DNA from: a virus
Lineage: Duplodnaviria; Heunggongvirae; Uroviricota; Caudoviricetes
Virus record (IMG/VR): IMGVR_UViG_2778261256_000005
Location: 1 to 34,588 of that record
Reading direction: 5' to 3' (one strand)
Length of the DNA: 34,588 nucleotides
The notes beneath the pieces were generated by a model that saw nothing but the letters and a program-made list of their open reading frames with translations, had not been told where the DNA came from and did no database searches. Positions 29,501 to 34,588 of this stretch are shown piece after piece; the stretch's first letter is position 1; each line of letters opens with the position of its first letter. A program made the position numbers and the translations under genes.

Positions 29501-32158
29501 TTACTTTTCCCGGCCAAATATCCAGCAGCGGAATGTTTCCGGCATCCGTTGCATATCCCCTTTACCACGATTATGGCGCTCACTTACCGCGCTGCGCGTG
29601 GTGCTTTGTCTGATAAACCGGCGCTCATTGCCGTTTTTAAGCAGCTTTTTAATTTCCGTTAACGTGAACGGAATACGCTGCCGGTGTGCTGCGGCGACCT
29701 CTTCCATGTGATTGAAATTAACCGCGATTTCATTTTCATCTGATGAATGATTGATGCCATAAGGTGCCAGTTCATCCAAGTAATCAAACAGCTCCCAGAA
29801 CTCCTGCACCAGAGGATGATCCTTTTTAAGTGCCTGACAACGTTCAACGGCCAGCGCGGTGATGGCTTCACGCGTTTTTTCTATACGTTCAACCGGCACC
29901 GGTACAACAAGTGCAAGCGCCTCCAGCAAGCCCACAAGCTGCGCGTGATTCTTTGCAATACGGATATGGCGAATACTGCTATTAGACTCCAGCTCATTCC
30001 TAGCTCGCTCGTACCCCCTGCCGAACGTCTGCATGATTTCTTTTTCGCGCATGGTGGCCAGTAATGTGAATCCGGATACCTGGCTAACGGGGAGTTGTTC
30101 AAGTCGTTCTGCAGCGTGGCGCGTCTGAATGGACTGGCCGCGCTTGTCGGTATAGATGTGGATGATACGCTCCAGAAACGCCTTGCTGCCGTCTGTGTCG
30201 GCATTTTGCGCTATCACAATACTTCCCCTGAACGGCGGCTCATACGTCTCGTTATTGTTCGATTTGATACCCACGGCGCGGGAGGCACGACCGTTATACA
30301 GTGATTTCAGCTCGTCCCAGTCAAAAGCGCGTTGCTTGGCGTTATCGGTAGTACGGTCGCCCTCAATCAGCACAACCGGCAGATTACCGACCTGGGCGAA
30401 GTTACGGCCACGCGCGGCGGCGGTAGATTTAGATGGGTCAAACCCTTCGTATTCCTCACGGCCGGCGAGCTTCCAGAGAAATTCTATCAGCGTGGATTTA
30501 CCTGTCCCCGGCTCGCCCACGATTTCCAGAAACGGAAATGACTTGTCACGCTCGCGGATTTGTTCGGCAAACAGCGACCCCAGCCAGAACGCCAGCGCCA
30601 CATACCCTTTTTCACCAAATGCCGTCCAGATATCGTCTACCCAACCCGTAGTAAACTCGTTCAGCTTCGGATTCAGATCCAGCGCCGGCGTGAGGCTCAG
30701 GCTCTTAACGCTGGCACTGTTGATTTCGAAGTAATCCTCGTCGTTCATCTCATACAGCCGGCCATCGCAAACGGCCACGCGGTTAAACAACCAGGCGGCA
30801 TAATCCTTGTTATAGCCGATGAAATTCTGCGTCTTTACCTCTTTGATTTCAGGGAGGCGCATCTGGATGAACTTATCCAGCTGTTTGGTGCTGCCTGTGT
30901 ACACCGCCCCTTTGGCGATGTGCAGCAGACGCTTTTTGAACTCGGCGGAGCTGGTGAGCTGATTAGCCGTGAAAGTATCTTTCACGGCTGGCCGGTTAGG
31001 CATACTGACTTTCACGTAATACCAGGACTCGTCCGTAGGTTCAGACCGCTGAAAGTAAAGCGGCGTCAGCCAGCAGTTAGCTATTTCGGTCACGCCGCCT
31101 GACTCTTTAACCGCCCGTTCTTTGGCCTCCCACTCCATCACCACTTCGGTACCGGTATTGGTGATGCGCTCATAGGCTCGCATATACCTGTCCAGATCCA
31201 GCTCAAACCAGTACATGCGGGAGTTATGCTCAAAGTAGAACGAGTGCCACTCGTTATGCTGATGCATGAGCAGCGCTTTCTCAGTCGGGCTTTTTGCCAG
31301 AAGGAGATCGCCATAGTAGCGATAATTTTTAATGTCCGACTTACTGAACCGGTTACGTAACAACAGGTCATTCCAGTCCAGCGATGCCGATGATTTCACC
31401 GGCTGCGCGGCACGAGTTTTCCATCCTGCAGCATCACTACGGGCAGCGAACGCCAGTGTGTGCTTTGTGCCGGCTTTATCGCCGTCAAACGCCCATACAA
31501 GACGTGGACGTGGTTTTTCACCCAGTTCTTTGGCCAGCGTATCCAGTGCGGCCAGCGGATAGTTGTTACTGCTCAGTGTGGCAACTGCAGGTAACCCTGC
31601 CTGGCACAGACTCAGCGCGTTGAAGATTCCCTCAGTGATCCAGATTTCGTTCACTTCCTGCAGGTTGATAAAGGGAGGAACCCACCAGTGACCGACATAG
31701 CTTCCCCTGATGTTGGCTTTCTGCTTACCGAAGCGCTGCGGCTGGTCAATGATGCGCTCCCATGTTGCACCGCATGACAGCGAAAATCTGACCGTTGCCG
31801 ACCCCATGCCATCTTTCACGAATGCACCCTGGGTAAAACAGCCTTTTAATGGCTCAGTCTCCAGCCCTCTGGCCTCGCGCAGATACGCCTCAGCTACTGC
31901 ATGGGGGTTATCTTCTGTGGTCTGGTAACGTTTTGACCAGTCTTCAAAGATATCCGGATACAGCTCTTTCACGACAATCTGATGTGCGCAGTTATTTTCA
32001 CGGCCACATTTCAGAATCCAGGGCTTTTCTATGCTGGTAAATAATTCGCGCTTACGACAGGCAGGGCAAACGCCCTGCTGCAAATACTTATCCCGCTCTT
32101 TAAATTCAAAGTCCCGAACAAGACGGCGCACAACGTCCTGTTGTATCGTTTCGTTCAT
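29501..32158 (-). CDS. Replicative primase-helicase (N-terminal zinc finger, TOPRIM primase, D5-like P-loop NTPase)
   Basis: 885 aa; CPACx15CGRENNCAH zinc-binding pattern, acidic TOPRIM-like segment (WITEG ... DGDKAG), Walker A VGEPGTGKST. Confidence 0.8.
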   Translation of the reverse strand: MNETIQQDVVRRLVRDFEFKERDKYLQQGVCPACRKRELFTSIEKPWILKCGRENNCAHQIVVKELYPDIFEDWSKRYQTTEDNPHAVAEAYLREARGLETEPLKGCFTQGAFVKDGMGSATVRFSLSCGATWERIIDQPQRFGKQKANIRGSYVGHWWVPPFINLQEVNEIWITEGIFNALSLCQAGLPAVATLSSNNYPLAALDTLAKELGEKPRPRLVWAFDGDKAGTKHTLAFAARSDAAGWKTRAAQPVKSSASLDWNDLLLRNRFSKSDIKNYRYYGDLLLAKSPTEKALLMHQHNEWHSFYFEHNSRMYWFELDLDRYMRAYERITNTGTEVVMEWEAKERAVKESGGVTEIANCWLTPLYFQRSEPTDESWYYVKVSMPNRPAVKDTFTANQLTSSAEFKKRLLHIAKGAVYTGSTKQLDKFIQMRLPEIKEVKTQNFIGYNKDYAAWLFNRVAVCDGRLYEMNDEDYFEINSASVKSLSLTPALDLNPKLNEFTTGWVDDIWTAFGEKGYVALAFWLGSLFAEQIRERDKSFPFLEIVGEPGTGKSTLIEFLWKLAGREEYEGFDPSKSTAAARGRNFAQVGNLPVVLIEGDRTTDNAKQRAFDWDELKSLYNGRASRAVGIKSNNNETYEPPFRGSIVIAQNADTDGSKAFLERIIHIYTDKRGQSIQTRHAAERLEQLPVSQVSGFTLLATMREKEIMQTFGRGYERARNELESNSSIRHIRIAKNHAQLVGLLEALALVVPVPVERIEKTREAITALAVERCQALKKDHPLVQEFWELFDYLDELAPYGINHSSDENEIAVNFNHMEEVAAAHRQRIPFTLTEIKKLLKNGNERRFIRQSTTRSAVSERHNRGKGDMQRMPETFRCWIFGREK

Positions 32159-32417
32159 AAATAATCCAGATGTGAATAATGGGTAAAAGGCAAAAACTAT
32201 ATTCTGTACTGCTTGTTATATCGCTCATGTGTCATTAGTTCCCAGCTTCTGCCCTTATCCTTACTCAGTAATCGTCAGCGATAAGAAACATGAACAGAGA
32301 AATAATGTTTTGGCTTAATAACCTGATATACCTTTTTGCCGTTGTAATATTCTGTCAGCACTGAAAATGCCTTGTGAATGACACTTTCACTTGCATGAGA
32401 GGTCACTGTAAGCATCG

Positions 32418-32987
32418 TTATTTCACACTGGCTATTTTTACAAGATACATCCAGACATAAGAAACAACTTTAGCCTGATGAATGGCATCATATAAAGCGT
32501 GATGTTTAACACCATCAAACTTAATAATATTACGAACATTCAGCCCAAGTGTTTTTGACAGTTCAACAACCGTTCTTACATCACGGTCATTCCAGTAGTA
32601 CCAAAGTGGATCGGCAAACCCGCATTTCTCTGATGCATTACGTAAAATAACATTGTCGAACGCTGCACTATTCCCCCATACCTGTACTTTAGATGGGTCA
32701 GAATGCTCAGTAATAAAAGCTTCCAGATTAGCTAACGTCAGAGGCAAGTCCAGACAATCGTCATTAAGCAGCTCGCTACGCGCTTCGGCATCCTGACGCA
32801 TCCACCATAATACGGTTTCTGACCCCATAGTGAGACCGTGGCCTACACAGCTGCCCAGGCTGACACGTTGATAAAACTGTTCACCCATTTCGCCAGTTTC
32901 AGGGTCAAAGAATACAGCACCGATAGAAGCAATCGCAGAAGTCGGTTTATTATCCATTGTTTCAAGATCAATCATTAAATGTTTCAT
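32418..32987 (-). CDS. DnaQ-like 3-prime-5-prime exonuclease (DEDDh family)
   Basis: 189 aa, N-terminal MIDLETM Exo I motif, downstream H..D motif; AAGGA SD. Confidence 0.65.
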   Translation of the reverse strand: MKHLMIDLETMDNKPTSAIASIGAVFFDPETGEMGEQFYQRVSLGSCVGHGLTMGSETVLWWMRQDAEARSELLNDDCLDLPLTLANLEAFITEHSDPSKVQVWGNSAAFDNVILRNASEKCGFADPLWYYWNDRDVRTVVELSKTLGLNVRNIIKFDGVKHHALYDAIHQAKVVSYVWMYLVKIASVK

Positions 32988-32996
32988 ATCGGTTCC

Positions 32997-33332
32997 TTAA
33001 CGTTGGGAAGCTGCAACAGATTTAAGATGCGAGTTATTACTTTTTAACGCTGTGGTAGCCAGCGACATAAGACCGGAAATGTTATTTTCAGTTGGTATAT
33101 TTCCGCCAAATACCATAAGCGTGATTTTGTGCAGTTCTTCAAAATCATCACTATCATTATTAAAGCGAGCAGTGGAGGTTATACCCTCAAGGCATTTTGC
33201 AAGCTGAATGTTTAATTCCATTAACTGCAAGCCATCGCTATGTACAGAGAATGTTTCTTTATCAATGGTTTTTGCCTGAGCGTGATAGTTTTGCAACAGA
33301 CTACGAATCAGCGTGGCATATTTAGTCTTCAT
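32997..33332 (-). CDS. Hypothetical early-operon protein (111 aa from ATG 33332)
   Basis: Track ORF start 33344 is a TTG; ATG 33332 has GGGGA SD. Confidence 0.4.
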   Translation of the reverse strand: MKTKYATLIRSLLQNYHAQAKTIDKETFSVHSDGLQLMELNIQLAKCLEGITSTARFNNDSDDFEELHKITLMVFGGNIPTENNISGLMSLATTALKSNNSHLKSVAASQR

Positions 33333-33358
33333 GATAATCCCCAATAATATTTAGTTTA

Positions 33359-33640
33359 CTAACGAGCACTTTTATCTTTCGTGAATAAACGGTTCTTCCA
33401 GTCATGCCATTCAGGCGGGGCAATTTGAGCCAAATGAATGGCATAAGCATCCCATTCCCCCCGATGGATATAGATTTCTCCACCTTTTTTTGATGGATTT
33501 AGAGGGTCTTTCATGCGGATTACCGGCAGTTTTCCAGCCGTGGCCATTTTGCGAATTGCAGCAGGCGTTTTGCCTATATATTCGGCAAAAAGCTCAGGGG
33601 TCACCAACTCTGAAAGCGCCTTTTCTGCTGGTTCCTTCAT
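33359..33640 (-). CDS. Cox-like excisionase/early-operon regulator
   Basis: 93 aa first gene of leftward early operon divergent from C repressor; HTH-like region ending GKLPVIRM; size matches P2 Cox (91 aa). Confidence 0.55.
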   Translation of the reverse strand: MKEPAEKALSELVTPELFAEYIGKTPAAIRKMATAGKLPVIRMKDPLNPSKKGGEIYIHRGEWDAYAIHLAQIAPPEWHDWKNRLFTKDKSAR

Positions 33641-33659
33641 CTGTGGTATCCTTCGTTAG

Positions 33660-33748
33660 TTTGGGTTCCTAGGGCGCTTTAAGTCGTTCTAGGGTTCTTT
33701 TGTCAAGGTTCTTTTGTAAGAACCAATAATAGTTGCGATACAAGAACC
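33660..33748. promoter_or_regulatory. Immunity switch region with repeated GGTTCTT half-sites (putative C/Cox operators and divergent promoters)
   Basis: GGTTC(T/C)T in direct orientation at 33664, 33693, 33707 and inverted (aagaacc) at 33719 and 33742; TTGTCA -35-like at 33700. Confidence 0.45.
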
Positions 33749-34048
33749 ATGCCAAGAAATTATGCGGAGAAACTCCGGCAGATCCGGAAAGCTGAAGGGT
33801 TAACTCAAAAAGATTTTTCAGAGCTTACTGGGGTAGCTCTTGGAACAATAAAAAAGTACGAAACTGGCCATCAGCCAGCTCGTGCAGAAGTCTTAGAAAG
33901 TGTTATAGAGGTACATATGTTTGAAAAATATACACTCTGGTTAATGACAGATAAGACGGCACCAATTGCGGGGCAGGTGTCCCCGTCTCTCTCCCCTGAT
34001 GGGCAAGACAACATAACATCATCCCGTTCCACCCGGAAAATTGGCTAA
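33749..34048 (+). CDS. Immunity repressor, P2 C-like
   Basis: 99 aa (same length as P2 C); HTH plus KYTLWLMTDKTAPIAGQVSP resembling remembered P2 C KYTLWFMTNQIAPESGQIAP. Confidence 0.75.
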   Translation: MPRNYAEKLRQIRKAEGLTQKDFSELTGVALGTIKKYETGHQPARAEVLESVIEVHMFEKYTLWLMTDKTAPIAGQVSPSLSPDGQDNITSSRSTRKIG

Positions 34049-34114
34049 ACATCTGGTTTTTCTATGCGTTAGCGCAAAATTTACATAATGATTCATACAT
34101 CGGAGGGCTTCGCT

Positions 34115-34511
34115 ATGTCGATTAAGAAGCTTGATGATGGTCGTTTTGAAGTGGACGTTAGACCGCGCGGAACCTCAGGAAGAAGGATTCGACGCAAATT
34201 TGACAGAAAGGCGGAAGCACAGGCATACGAGCGGTATGTACTGACAAACTTTCACGATAAAGAATGGCAGGATAAACCCGCAGACAGGAGGCTTGTATCC
34301 GAGTTAATTTCTTTATGGTGGAGCTACCATGGAAAGAATCACAACTATGGTGACTCATATAAAAAGCGTTTGGAAAAAATCAACCGAGAAATGGCGGAAC
34401 CCAGAGTGTACGAGCTTACCCGCAACTTTCTGATGAAATATCGTGCAGAACGACTTCATAGTGGAGTATCTGCTGGCACGGTAAACAGGGATTTCTGTTC
34501 CATGTCCAGCA
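34115..34511 (+). pseudogene. P2-like tyrosine integrase, N-terminal ~132 codons only, interrupted by IS10
   Basis: MSIKKLDDGRFEVDVRPRGTSGRRIRRKFDRK matches remembered P2 Int N-terminus (MAIKKLDDGRYEVDIRP...RIRRKFDKK); GGAGGG SD; reading frame runs into IS10 end at 34512 and stops at 34549; catalytic domain absent from window. Confidence 0.8.
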
Positions 34512-34588
34512 CTGATGAATCCCCTAATGATTTTGGTAAAAATCATTAAGTTAAGGTGGATACACATCTTGTCATATGATCAAATGGT
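34512..34588 (+). mobile_element. IS10 (Tn10-type) outside end, first 77 bp (element continues beyond window)
   Basis: ctgatgaatcccctaatgattttggtaaaaatcattaagttaaggtggatacacatcttgtcatatgatcaaatggt matches the remembered IS10 outside terminus containing the pIN/pOUT region. Confidence 0.8.

Noticed and set aside
29447-30204. Plus- and minus-strand short ORFs overlapping the primase-helicase 3-prime region
   Set aside because: Out-of-frame or antisense to the 885-aa gene with clear motifs; no start signals.

Overview
The window has two parts. Positions 1-6150 are a conserved enterobacterial (E. coli-like) backbone, all recognised by recall rather than search: an rRNA-operon P1 promoter on the minus strand, then clpB (minus, sigma-32 promoter), yfiH/pgeF, rluD, bamD and raiA. 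Immediately after the raiA terminator the sequence switches to horizontally acquired DNA that runs to the end of the window: a P2-like (Peduovirus-type) prophage. It carries an AT-rich acyltransferase-3 membrane protein gene and a 1 kb ORF-free region with iteron-like TGTGATG repeats at the left end. A roughly 17 kb minus-strand late operon follows (hub/spike-like protein, tail fibre, baseplate J/I/W-like, tape measure, frameshifted tail chaperone, an embedded lysis cassette, tube, sheath, completion proteins, head completion, small terminase, capsid, scaffold). Divergent from it are the large terminase, portal and an Ogr-like zinc-finger activator. Next come an AT-rich GT8-like glycosyltransferase cargo gene, an early operon (Cox-like, unknown, DnaQ-like exonuclease, zinc-finger/TOPRIM/P-loop primase-helicase), a P2 C-like repressor, and a P2-like integrase cut after about 132 codons by an IS10 outside end. 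The most interesting candidates are the two AT-rich cargo genes (possible surface-polysaccharide modification or phage exclusion) and the iteron-like array; no complete novel system could be demonstrated from sequence alone. All product calls are from remembered motifs and P2 gene order and sizes, not from database searches.
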